From Alphaproteobacteria bacterium (GTDB lineage Bacteria; Pseudomonadota; Alphaproteobacteria; Rhizobiales; Rhizobiaceae): a stretch of 64,000 nucleotides of DNA. Below are positions 50,085 to 60,962 of the stretch, piece by piece (position 1 is the first letter of the stretch; every line of letters starts with the position of its first letter). The notes beneath the pieces are model-generated. The model was not told the origin of the DNA. It ran no database searches and saw only the letters and a list, made by a program, of their open reading frames with translations. The DNA is taken from NCBI GenBank assembly GCA_016861165.1, contig BOKV01000012.1, positions 21,401 to 85,400 on the forward strand, written 5' to 3'. Position numbers and translations under genes: made by a program.

Positions 50085-51436
50085 CCGTCCTGCCTTCTCC
50101 CGAAAGCCTGTTCAGCGGGCTGGCGCCGCGCGGCATCGTCACCGTTGCCGTGTCGGGCGGCGGCGATTCGCTGGCGCTGCTGCTGCTCGCCCATGCCTGG
50201 GCGCAGACGAGCGGCGCGACGCTGCACGCAGTCACGGTCGACCACGGCCTCCGGCCGGAGGCCGCCGCCGAGGCCGCTTTCGTCGCCGGCATGAGCGAGG
50301 GGCTCGACATCGACCACACGACGCTCGGCTGGGAAGGGATCAAGCCATTCTCGGGGATCGCCGATGCGGCCAGGCGGGCCCGCTACCAGCTCATCGAGGA
50401 ATTCGCCCAGGCGATCGGTTCCGACCTGATCCTGACCGGACACACCGCCGACGACCAGGCCGAGACGGTCTACATGCGGCTGATGCGCGAGGCGCCGGGC
50501 GACCACGGGTCGGCAACGAGCCTTGGCCGCGGCCTCGCCGGCATTGCGCGCACCAGCCTGCTGCCGGGTGGCACGATGCTGGCGCGGCCGCTGATCGGCG
50601 TCTCGCGCCGGCAGCTGCGCGCCTATTTGCGGTCGCTGCCGCAGAGCTGGATCGAGGATCCGACCAACGAGGACACCACCTATGAGCGGGTCAGGGTGCG
50701 GGCGATCATTGCCGCCGGCCCGCAACTGCGCGCGCGCCTGATCGGCCTTGCCGGCGTGATGGCGCGGATGCGCGCGCAACTGTCACGCGAGGCGGCAGCA
50801 CTGCTGTCGCGGGCGACGACGGTGCGGCCGGGACCGGTGTTTCTGTTCGACGCCGGCTGGGCGCGGCAGCGGCCGGAGCCGGTCTATCATTTCGCGCTGC
50901 AGGTCCTGATCGCGCTCGCCGGCGGCGAGGAGCACCTGGTGGCGCGGTCGCGCATCGCGGCGCTGGCGGCGCGTCTTGCCGGGCCGGCGACAGCGAAAAT
51001 GACGCTGGGCGGCGCGGTGATCGAGAAGGCCGGCAAGAGCGCGCGCATCTATCGCGAGATGCGCAACATGCGATCGGCCCAGGTCGAGCCCGGCGAGAAA
51101 TACGTCTGGGACGGCCGGCTGGAGATCGTCAACCGGGGCCGGGAGACGGTCCATGTCGGGCCGCTGTCGGTGGTCGGCCTCGACCGGCTGGAGAAGCAGC
51201 GGGCGCGGCCGATCGTCGCCAGGCCGCGCGCGGCGCTCCATTCCACCGCCATGGTGCGGGCCGGCCGGCAGGTGTTCCTGCCGCAGGTCGAAAGCGATGA
51301 CGGGCGCGGCCCGGTCGCGGCGCGGATCACCGCCCGCGCGATCGAGCACTACTGCGCCGACAGCGACTTCCCCATCCTCGAATGGATCCGGGCACTCGAC
51401 ATCGAACGCAAGGCCTTCCTGCTGCCGCGGCCGTGA
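50081..51436 (+). CDS. tilS: tRNA(Ile)-lysidine synthetase
   Basis: PP-loop VAVSGGGDSLALLLL. The ATG overlaps the cpoB stop (ATGA). Confidence 0.9.
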   Translation: MTVLPSPESLFSGLAPRGIVTVAVSGGGDSLALLLLAHAWAQTSGATLHAVTVDHGLRPEAAAEAAFVAGMSEGLDIDHTTLGWEGIKPFSGIADAARRARYQLIEEFAQAIGSDLILTGHTADDQAETVYMRLMREAPGDHGSATSLGRGLAGIARTSLLPGGTMLARPLIGVSRRQLRAYLRSLPQSWIEDPTNEDTTYERVRVRAIIAAGPQLRARLIGLAGVMARMRAQLSREAAALLSRATTVRPGPVFLFDAGWARQRPEPVYHFALQVLIALAGGEEHLVARSRIAALAARLAGPATAKMTLGGAVIEKAGKSARIYREMRNMRSAQVEPGEKYVWDGRLEIVNRGRETVHVGPLSVVGLDRLEKQRARPIVARPRAALHSTAMVRAGRQVFLPQVESDDGRGPVAARITARAIEHYCADSDFPILEWIRALDIERKAFLLPRP

Positions 51437-51461
51437 GGCGGGTGAGCGCCCGCGCGGGCGC

Positions 51462-52121
51462 TCACCCGCCAGGCTGCGCCGTCTTGCGCAGATAGGGCAG
51501 CACGCGGTCGAACTTGCCGAACCGCCGGATCGCGTCCTCGTCGGACACCGCCGCTGTGATGATCACGTCCTCGCCCTGCTTCCACTGGGCCGGTGTCGCC
51601 ACCTGGTACTCGGCGGTCAATCTGATGGAATCGAGGGCGCGCAGTATTTCGTCGAAATTGCGCCCGGTGGTCATCGGATAGGTCAGCGTCAGCTTGATGC
51701 GCCTGTCGGGGCCGATGACGAAGACCGAGCGCACGGTCTGGTTGTCGGCGGGGGTGCGGCCCTCGGAGGAGGCGCCGGCGCTGGCCGGCAGCATGTCGTA
51801 GAGCTTGGCGATCTTCAGGTCGGGGTCGCCGATCAGCGGATAGTCGACCTTGTGGCCGGTCGCCTTCTCGATGTCGGCCTTCCACTTGTGATGGCTGTCG
51901 ACCGGATCGACGGAGATGCCGATGATCTTGGCGCCGCGCCTGGCGAACTCGCCGACGAGGCCGCCCATGTAGCCGAGCTCTGTCGTGCAGACTGGCGTGA
52001 AGTCCTTGGGATGGCTGAACAGGACGGCATAGCCGTCGCCGATCCATTCATGAAAACGGATCGGCCCGTGAGTGGTGTCGGCAGTGAAGTCGGGGGCGAT
52101 ATCGTTGATGCGCAAGGTCAT
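51462..52121 (-). CDS. 1-Cys peroxiredoxin (Prx6-like)
   Basis: VLFSHPKDFTPVCTTEL active site. About 219 aa with the Prx6 C-terminal extension. Confidence 0.9.
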   Translation of the reverse strand: MTLRINDIAPDFTADTTHGPIRFHEWIGDGYAVLFSHPKDFTPVCTTELGYMGGLVGEFARRGAKIIGISVDPVDSHHKWKADIEKATGHKVDYPLIGDPDLKIAKLYDMLPASAGASSEGRTPADNQTVRSVFVIGPDRRIKLTLTYPMTTGRNFDEILRALDSIRLTAEYQVATPAQWKQGEDVIITAAVSDEDAIRRFGKFDRVLPYLRKTAQPGG

Positions 52122-52440
52122 GGTGCATTCTCCTCAACGCGTGGACAGGGGCAGGTCGGCCTGCCGGCAGGGCAACGATCAGATCACAGTCGGGGTGGCT
52201 GCGAAAGCAAGCGCGTGCTCCTTTCGGCCGGTGCGGCGCCATCGGCCTGCGGCCCGGTTCATGCTTAAGCAACATTTTGCCGCAACATTGGAGCAAAATG
52301 CGGTCTCGCGCTTGGCAGGGACCGCGACGGAACCTATCTTGTCAGGCAAGATGCACATGTGTTCGCGACGCCTTGACCCAGTCCGAGCGACGACAAGTCA
52401 GGGATCCCAACTGGGGCGGGCTTCGCCCCGAGGCTAGCCG

Positions 52441-54375
<1,935 letters not shown>

Positions 54376-54414
54376 GCCGCTGCCCGGCGCAAGCCGGTGC
54401 GGTCGGGGGGCCGC

Positions 54415-54753
54415 CTACTCGACCATCTCCTGAATGATGCGCGCGGACGCGTGGATGCAGACGAGCTTCAGGCGCCGCGTGCCGACATTCTCGAAACGGT
54501 GCGGCGTTTGGGCCGGACCGACCACGATGTCGCCGGCGGTCGCGCGCAGCTTGCGGTCACCGACGGTGAATTCCGCCTCGCCGGCGCGCACCACCCAGGT
54601 CTCGGCATAGGGATGGACGTGCAGGCGCGAGCCCTCGCCGGGCTCGTTGTCGACCAGGAACATCGACACCGGCGAACCGTGGTCGGCGCCTTCGAAGCGC
54701 ACGGTGCGGTTGGGGAAGCGCCGCTGCTCGGCGCTGCGAATGAGGAGTTCCAT
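54415..54753 (-). CDS. Cupin domain protein
   Basis: GSRLHVHPYAETWVVRAGEAEF...GDIVVGPAQTPHRFEN. GGGAGGAAAGG Shine-Dalgarno upstream of the ATG at 54753. Confidence 0.8.
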   Translation of the reverse strand: MELLIRSAEQRRFPNRTVRFEGADHGSPVSMFLVDNEPGEGSRLHVHPYAETWVVRAGEAEFTVGDRKLRATAGDIVVGPAQTPHRFENVGTRRLKLVCIHASARIIQEMVE

Positions 54754-54807
54754 CCTTTCCTCCCGTTGGTCCGGCGGGCATCGATTGCCATGCACGCCCG
54801 GCGAAGG

Positions 54808-54857
54808 TATCTTCACATCGAGATATCTATGGGAGCGATATCTTCATGTCAAGATAT
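54808..54857. promoter_or_regulatory. Two tandem palindromic boxes, TATCTTCACATCGAGATA and ATATCTTCATGTCAAGATAT; candidate MarR operators between divergent cupin and MarR genes
   Basis: Read directly. The second box has perfect 7-bp arms (ATATCTT/AAGATAT) and a 6-nt spacer. The boxes are 30 nt apart centre to centre. Confidence 0.55.
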
Positions 54858-54880
54858 ATCGGCTGGAAGGAAGCAGTCGC

Positions 54881-55429
54881 ATGAACGGCTCGGCGCCGCG
54901 CGACCATGTCGACCGCCTGCGCGAGCAGTGGGCGCGGGAACTGCCGGACCTCGACACCACGCCGATGGGCGTGCTCGGCCGCATCCACCGGCTGGCCAAT
55001 CTGGTTCGGCCCGGCATCGAGGCGACATTCGCCGGCTTCGGCCTCGACCGCGGCGAGTTCGACGTCATCGCGACGTTGCGCCGCTCGGGGCCGCCCTACC
55101 GGCTGACGCCGACCGAGCTCTACCGGTCGCTGATGATCTCCTCGGGCGGGCTAACCCACCGGCTGGACCGGCTGGAGCGAGCCGGGCTGATCCGGCGCGA
55201 GCGTTCGCCGTCGGACGGTCGCAGCTTCCATATCGCGTTGACGCCACGGGGGCGCGACCGCGCGGAGGCGGCATTCCGCGCCGACATGGCGGCCGAGGCG
55301 CGAGTGCTGGCGGCGATGGCGCCGCAACAGCGCGCCGCGCTGGCCGAATTGCTACGGGAGCTGCTCCTGATCCGCGAGGCGGCGGCGCCGGCCGATACGG
55401 GCGAGGACCGAGCCGGCCTCAGCCGCTGA
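54881..55429 (+). CDS. MarR family transcriptional regulator
   Basis: FDVIATLRRSGPPYRLTPTELYRSLMISSGGLTHRLDRLERAGLIRR. ATG at 54881. Confidence 0.85.
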   Translation: MNGSAPRDHVDRLREQWARELPDLDTTPMGVLGRIHRLANLVRPGIEATFAGFGLDRGEFDVIATLRRSGPPYRLTPTELYRSLMISSGGLTHRLDRLERAGLIRRERSPSDGRSFHIALTPRGRDRAEAAFRADMAAEARVLAAMAPQQRAALAELLRELLLIREAAAPADTGEDRAGLSR

Positions 55430-56042
55430 GCCGCGCCAGCGCGAATAGCGCGTGGGCTTCCAGCTCGGCGCGGATGTTGGCGCGCATGTCGTCATCCTCG
55501 CTGACCAGATACAGATCGACCAGCGTCGACAGCAGCGCGTAGATGACTTCAAGGCGGCCCGGCGCGGCGGCGCCCGCGCCGAGTCCGTAGCGGGCGACAA
55601 GCGGCAGGATGATCTCGGCCTGGATGCGCTCGTTGGCGTCGGCCGCCTGCGGGCGCAGCCGCCGCATCTCGCGCAGCAGCGCGAAATGAGCGGGGATCGC
55701 CTCGGCCGTGGCCAGGTAGGTGCCGAGCAGTCCGGTTACCGCCTCGCGCGCCGCCTGGCCCGGCTCCAGCGTCGCCAGGCGCGCCGCGCAGGCGGAGACG
55801 ATGCGGTCGACCGTGGCGTCATAGGCGGCGAGCAGCAGCGCCTCGCGGTTTGGGTAGTACCGGTAGATGGTGCCGACGGCGACGCCGGTGAGCGCGGCGA
55901 TGCGCGTCGTCGTCACCGCCTCGGGCCCCTCGGTGGCGACCAGGGCCTCGGTCGCCGCCAGCAATTCGCCATGGGTGCGCCGTGCCCGCTGCTGTCGCGG
56001 CTGGATCGGCGGTCTGGATGGAACGGCGGTCAGGCGGTTCAT
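55419..56042 (-). CDS. TetR/AcrR family transcriptional regulator
   Basis: LLAATEALVATEGPEAVTTTRIAALTGVAVGTIYRYYPNREAL. ATG at 56042. Confidence 0.85.
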   Translation of the reverse strand: MNRLTAVPSRPPIQPRQQRARRTHGELLAATEALVATEGPEAVTTTRIAALTGVAVGTIYRYYPNREALLLAAYDATVDRIVSACAARLATLEPGQAAREAVTGLLGTYLATAEAIPAHFALLREMRRLRPQAADANERIQAEIILPLVARYGLGAGAAAPGRLEVIYALLSTLVDLYLVSEDDDMRANIRAELEAHALFALARLSG

Positions 56043-56044
56043 GG

Positions 56045-56065
56045 AAAATGAAACTATTTCATTTT
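56045..56065. promoter_or_regulatory. Perfect 9-bp inverted repeat AAAATGAAA-cta-TTTCATTTT followed immediately by TTGACA (56068..56073); candidate TetR operator on the beta-helix operon promoter
   Basis: Read directly in the 85-nt divergent intergenic region. Confidence 0.5.
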
Positions 56066-56127
56066 TCTTGACAGGGCCAGTGGCGCGGACGCATCTTCCC
56101 GGCCGGATGGTGACCGGGAGCAGATCA

Positions 56128-57363
56128 ATGGAAAAGAACATCGTTGCGGCCGTCCTGTTGGCGGCGGCGCTGACGGTCGCCGAGGCGGCGGCGGCCAGGG
56201 ACATCGCCGTGCGGCCCGGGCCCAACGCGGCCGAAGAACTCGCCGAGGCGCTGATCACGGCCGAGCCGGGCGACACGGTCTGGCTCGGCATCGGCCGCTA
56301 TGAGCTTGCCGACGGACTTACCCTGGACGTCGACGGCGTCTCCATCCGCGGCATCGGCCCGGATGTCAGCATCCTGTCCTTCACCAACCAGCAGGGCAGC
56401 GGGGAAGGGCTGCTCATCACCTCCGGGCGTGTCGTGCTGGACGGATTCGCGGTCGAGAACCCCAAGGGCGACGGCATCAAGTCGAAGGGATCGAGCGAGA
56501 TAACCTTCTCCAACCTGCGGGTGGAATGGACGAACGGGCCGGACGAGAAGAACGGCGCCTACGGCATCTACCCGGTTTCCTCCAAGAACGTGCTGATCGA
56601 CGGCGTCACCGTGCGCGGCGCCTCCGACGCCGGCATCTATGTCGGCCAGAGCGAGCGCATCGTCGTGCGCAACAGTCTCGCCGAATTCAACGTCGCCGGC
56701 ATCGAGATCGAGAACTCGTTCAACGCCGATGTCCACGGCAACACCACCCGCCACAACACCGGCGGTATCCTGGTCTTCGACCTGCCCAACCTGCCGCAGC
56801 AGGGCGGCCGGGACATCCGCGTCTTCGACAACGACGTGCTTGACAACGACACGGCCAATTTCGCGCCCAAGGGCAATACGGTCGCCATGGTGCCGAAGGG
56901 CATGGGCATCATGGTGATGGCCAACCGCAACGTCCATGTCTTCGGCAACCGGCTGTCCGGCAACGCCACCACGCATGTGCTGATCGCCGCCTATCCGCAG
57001 GACTATGACGACGACAACTACATGTTCGTGCCGCGCGGCGTCTATGTTCACGACAACGAGTATGGCGAGGGCGGCGGCGAACCGGACGGCGAGGTCGGCC
57101 AGACCATCGCCAAGCACTCCGGCACGCCGGTGCCCGACATCGTCTGGGACGGCGTCACCCGCATTCCCGAATGGCTGACCTGGGTGGCGCCGGAAGACCG
57201 CATCTATGTCAGCGAGAAGCCCGGTACCCGCTTCGTCAATCTGAAGATGCTGTCGCAGCTCATCCTGCCGTGGCGGACGGCGCCCGACACCGACCTGTCC
57301 AACTATGCCGGCAGCCTGCCGGAGCCGGCTCCGGTGGAGCTGCCGCAGGACAGCCGGTCATGA
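56128..57363 (+). CDS. Secreted parallel beta-helix repeat protein (NosD-like fold)
   Basis: Signal peptide AAVLLAAALTVAEAAAA. Repeated beta-helix rungs (GIKSKGSSEITFSN, GIYVGQSERIVVRNS, GIEIENSFNADVHGN, GILVFDLPN..). Confidence 0.8.
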   Translation: MEKNIVAAVLLAAALTVAEAAAARDIAVRPGPNAAEELAEALITAEPGDTVWLGIGRYELADGLTLDVDGVSIRGIGPDVSILSFTNQQGSGEGLLITSGRVVLDGFAVENPKGDGIKSKGSSEITFSNLRVEWTNGPDEKNGAYGIYPVSSKNVLIDGVTVRGASDAGIYVGQSERIVVRNSLAEFNVAGIEIENSFNADVHGNTTRHNTGGILVFDLPNLPQQGGRDIRVFDNDVLDNDTANFAPKGNTVAMVPKGMGIMVMANRNVHVFGNRLSGNATTHVLIAAYPQDYDDDNYMFVPRGVYVHDNEYGEGGGEPDGEVGQTIAKHSGTPVPDIVWDGVTRIPEWLTWVAPEDRIYVSEKPGTRFVNLKMLSQLILPWRTAPDTDLSNYAGSLPEPAPVELPQDSRS

Positions 57364-58427
57364 CGAGACATGCCCGCCTCGCCGCCGTTGCGGCCGGCCT
57401 CGGCTGGCTTGCCGCTGTCGCGGGCGCGGGCGCAGAGGGCGGGCATTTCCCCGCCATCCTCGCCGACCAGCCGCCGCGGCTCTTGAGCGGCTTTGGCTTT
57501 TTCGACGGTCCCGGCATCGGCAAGCCGGCGCCAGGCGTCGTCGGCTATGACCTCGTCACGCCGCTGTTTTCCGATTTCGCCCTCAAATATCGGGCCGTAC
57601 ACGTGCCGGAGGGGCAGTCTGCCCGCTATCACGGTACGGAAGCCTTCGACTTCCCGGTCGGCTCGGCGCTGATCAAGACATTCGCCTTTCCGGCCGATTT
57701 CCGCGCGCCGGACAGGGACATCCGCCTGATCGAAACGCGCGTGCTGTTGCGACAGGCGGATGGCTGGCAGGCCTATGCCTATCTGTGGAACGAGGACGGG
57801 ACCGAGGCCGAACTGAAGCTCGCCGGCAAGCGCCTGGCGCTGTCCTTCATCGACGGCAATGGCGCAGCCGTCGCCTTCTCCTATGCCGTGCCGAGCAGGA
57901 ACCAGTGCAAGTCCTGCCATTCACTGAATGGCGAGGTGGCGCCGATCGGGCCGACGGTGCGCAACCTGAACCGGGACTTCGACCATGGCGACGGGCGGCC
58001 GCGCAACCAGCTCACCGACTGGGCCGAGCGCGGCCTGCTCGCCGGACTGCCGGCATTCGACACGGTGCCGAAGGCGGCCGACTGGCGGGACGAGACCCTT
58101 GCGATCGACGAGCGCGCGCGCACCTGGCTCGACGTCAACTGCGCTCACTGCCACCGGCGCGAGGGTTCGGCCAGCAATTCCGGACTGTTCCTGACGGCGG
58201 ACGAGAGGAGCCGTACCGCGCTCGGCATCGGCAAGCGGCCGGTCGCCGCCGGGCGTGGCGCCGGTGACAACGAATTCGACATCGTGCCGGGCCGGCCCGA
58301 CCAATCGATTCTGCTCGCCCGCGTCGAAAGCGTCGAACCCGGCGTCATGATGCCGGAACTGGGCCGTTCGCTCGCCGACCCGGCGGCGGTCGAACTGCTG
58401 CGCCAGTGGATATTGACGTTGCGTTAA
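57360..58427 (+). CDS. SO_2930-family diheme c-type cytochrome
   Basis: Signal peptide. Two CxxCH sites (CKSCH, CAHCH). The ATG overlaps the upstream stop (ATGA). Confidence 0.8.
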   Translation: MTRHARLAAVAAGLGWLAAVAGAGAEGGHFPAILADQPPRLLSGFGFFDGPGIGKPAPGVVGYDLVTPLFSDFALKYRAVHVPEGQSARYHGTEAFDFPVGSALIKTFAFPADFRAPDRDIRLIETRVLLRQADGWQAYAYLWNEDGTEAELKLAGKRLALSFIDGNGAAVAFSYAVPSRNQCKSCHSLNGEVAPIGPTVRNLNRDFDHGDGRPRNQLTDWAERGLLAGLPAFDTVPKAADWRDETLAIDERARTWLDVNCAHCHRREGSASNSGLFLTADERSRTALGIGKRPVAAGRGAGDNEFDIVPGRPDQSILLARVESVEPGVMMPELGRSLADPAAVELLRQWILTLR

Positions 58428-58586
58428 GCATCGGTGGCGGAAATCAGGTGCCGGCGGCCCCGCTGTTGCCCGTCACTCAAGGTTTCTGTAACACACGCAA
58501 ACATAATTTGACCCATCGCCGGCCGCGTTGTGTGGCAATCAGGAAACGGGCGGATCGGATCGGCCGGGCCGGGGGATCTTCGAAAA

Positions 58587-59942
58587 ATGGACAAGGTGGC
58601 GAGGCGGTTTTTCGGGACCGACGGCATTCGCGGCCAGGCGAACCGGTCGCCGATGACCGCCGAAATCGCGATGAAGGTCGGCATGGCGGCCGGGCTGGCG
58701 TTTCGCCGCGGCAACGACCGCCACCGCGTCATCATCGGCAAGGACACCCGCCTCTCCGGCTACATGATCGAAAATGCGCTGGTCGCGGGGTTCACGGCGT
58801 CGGGCATGGACGTCTTCCAGCTCGGCCCGGTGCCGACGCCGGCCGTCGCCATGCTGACGCGCTCGATGCGCGCCGATATCGGCGTGATGATCTCGGCCTC
58901 GCACAACCCCTACCAGGATAACGGCATCAAGCTGTTCGGCCCCGACGGCTACAAGCTCTCCGACGAGATCGAGCTGGAAATCGAGAGGCTGATGGCGGGC
59001 GACCTGTCGCGCGACCTGGCACCCTCGGCCGAGATCGGCCGGGCGACGCGCGTCGACGGCGTGCGCGACCGCTACATCGAGTTCGTCAAGCGCACGCTGG
59101 CGCGTGAATTCTCGCTTGAAGGGCTGCGCGTCGTCGTCGATTGCGCCAACGGCGCCGCCTACAAGGTGGCGCCCGAATCGCTGTGGGAGCTGGGTGCGGA
59201 AGTGATCGCCATCGGCGATGAACCCAACGGATTCAACATCAATCTCGAATGCGGCTCGACGGACACCACGCAGCTGCGCCGCAAGGTGCACGAGACGCGC
59301 GCCGATATCGGCATCGCGCTCGACGGCGACGGCGACCGGGTGATCATCGTCGATGAGAGCGCCCGCGAGGTCGACGGCGACCAGATCATGGCGGTGATCG
59401 CCGAATACTGGCAGTCGATGGGCAGGCTCGCCGGCGGCGGCATCGTCGCCACCGTGATGTCCAATCTGGGGCTGGAGCGCTTCCTGGGATCGAAGGGGCT
59501 GGCGTTGGCGCGCACCAGGGTCGGCGACCGCTACGTCGTCGAGCACATGCGCGAGCATGGCTACAATATCGGCGGCGAGCAGTCCGGCCATGTCGTGCTC
59601 TCCGACTTCTCGACCACCGGCGACGGCCTCGTCGCCGCGCTGCAGGTGCTGGCGGTGGTCTGTTCGAGCGGGCTGCCGGTCAGCGAGGTCTGCCGCAAGT
59701 TCGAGCCGGTGCCGCAGGTGCTCCGGAACGTGCGCTATGCCAACGGCATGCCGCTCGACAACCAGGCCGTCAAGGCGGCGATCAGCGACGGCCAGAGCCG
59801 GCTCGGCAAGGCCGGGCGGCTCGTCATCCGCCCGTCCGGCACCGAACCGCTGATCCGCATCATGGCCGAGGGCGACGACCAGCACCTGATCGCGGCGATC
59901 GTCGACGACATCGCCGGCGCCGTCTCGCGCCACGCCGCCTGA
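58587..59942 (+). CDS. glmM: Phosphoglucosamine mutase
   Basis: FFGTDGIRG, active site [23 protein letters not shown] at 58587. Confidence 0.95.
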   Translation: MDKVARRFFGTDGIRGQANRSPMTAEIAMKVGMAAGLAFRRGNDRHRVIIGKDTRLSGYMIENALVAGFTASGMDVFQLGPVPTPAVAMLTRSMRADIGVMISASHNPYQDNGIKLFGPDGYKLSDEIELEIERLMAGDLSRDLAPSAEIGRATRVDGVRDRYIEFVKRTLAREFSLEGLRVVVDCANGAAYKVAPESLWELGAEVIAIGDEPNGFNINLECGSTDTTQLRRKVHETRADIGIALDGDGDRVIIVDESAREVDGDQIMAVIAEYWQSMGRLAGGGIVATVMSNLGLERFLGSKGLALARTRVGDRYVVEHMREHGYNIGGEQSGHVVLSDFSTTGDGLVAALQVLAVVCSSGLPVSEVCRKFEPVPQVLRNVRYANGMPLDNQAVKAAISDGQSRLGKAGRLVIRPSGTEPLIRIMAEGDDQHLIAAIVDDIAGAVSRHAA

Positions 59943-60054
59943 CCTGAACCCCCGACGCAGGGCAGATCCCGACTGCCGCGGGACGTCGTAACGGCGCGCC
60001 CGCGCGTCGGCGCAACTGTTCGTTTACCAATTTTGTTAGCCTTAACAAACACGG

Positions 60055-60070
60055 TTAAGCCACCCTTAAC
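60055..60070. promoter_or_regulatory. Full-consensus CtrA box TTAAGCCACCCTTAAC (TTAA-N7-TTAAC)
   Basis: Read directly, 74 nt upstream of the first porin-family ATG. A third TTAA lies 9 nt further upstream. Confidence 0.45.
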
Positions 60071-60143
60071 CTTTGGCCGGCACTATTCCAGGCAACCGAT
60101 TCCGAACAACGCCCAGTCGGGATGCAATAGGAAGGAAGTTGTC

Positions 60144-60932
60144 ATGGGACATTTCAGGCGGGTTTCCATAGCCGTCGCGCTCGTCGCCTTGTCGGCGCCG
60201 GCGGCGCTTGGCGCCGATATCATCGAATACCAGCCGCCCGAGGTCGTGCCGCAGTCCTATGGCGGCTGGTACCTGCGCGGCGATATCGGCATGAGCAACC
60301 AGCAGCTCCATGGCGGGCTGGAGAACGCGCTGTTTCCGACCGTGGACAATCTCGAGTTCCTCGATTCGGGGTCGTTTTCCAGCGCGCCGACCTTCCGCGC
60401 CGGCATCGGCTACCAGTTCAACAACTGGTTCCGCGCCGACGTGACGGCGGAGCTGCGCGGCAAGTCCGACTTCGCGGCGCTCGACCGCTACGAGGGCGTC
60501 GATGACGGCAACCCGCTGACCTGGGACGGCTCCAACGACTACTCGGCCAAGAAGAAGGAATGGCTGTTCATGGCCAACGGCTATGTCGACCTCGGCACCT
60601 ATGGCGGGGTCACGCCCTATGTCGGCGCCGGCATCGGCATGAGCCAGAACAAGATCTACAGCTTCCGCGACGTCAACGTGCCCAATCTTGGCGTGGCCTA
60701 CGCGCCGACCGGCACGAAATGGAACATGGCCTGGGCGCTGCATGCCGGCCTCGGCTTCGACGTGACCGACCGGCTGACGCTCGACCTCGGCTACTCCTAT
60801 GTCGACCTGGGCGATGCGCAGAGCGGCGACATCGTCACCTTCAACGGCACCAACAATGTCAACAATCCGATGATCTTCAAGGACATCGTCTCGCACGACC
60901 TCAAGTTCGGCCTGCGCTACAGGTTCAACTAG
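60144..60932 (+). CDS. Outer-membrane beta-barrel protein, Omp25/Omp31/RopB family
   Basis: Signal peptide ending ALGA. GWYLRGDIGMS, NWFRADVTAELRG, C-terminal [19 protein letters not shown] Shine-Dalgarno. Confidence 0.9.
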   Translation: MGHFRRVSIAVALVALSAPAALGADIIEYQPPEVVPQSYGGWYLRGDIGMSNQQLHGGLENALFPTVDNLEFLDSGSFSSAPTFRAGIGYQFNNWFRADVTAELRGKSDFAALDRYEGVDDGNPLTWDGSNDYSAKKKEWLFMANGYVDLGTYGGVTPYVGAGIGMSQNKIYSFRDVNVPNLGVAYAPTGTKWNMAWALHAGLGFDVTDRLTLDLGYSYVDLGDAQSGDIVTFNGTNNVNNPMIFKDIVSHDLKFGLRYRFN

Positions 60933-60962
60933 GCGCTGCATGTCTGTCGGGAGTGAGCCAAG

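Noticed and set aside
52300-52330. Sigma-54-like TGGCA element upstream of ftsH.
   Set aside because: No TTGC at the required -12 spacing follows the TGGCAG.
55418-55430. Palindrome CTCAGC-C-GCTGAG containing the stop codons of both convergent regulators (MarR and TetR overlap by 11 nt).
   Set aside because: It is only a 6-bp stem with no T-run, so more likely a curiosity of overlapping ends than a terminator.
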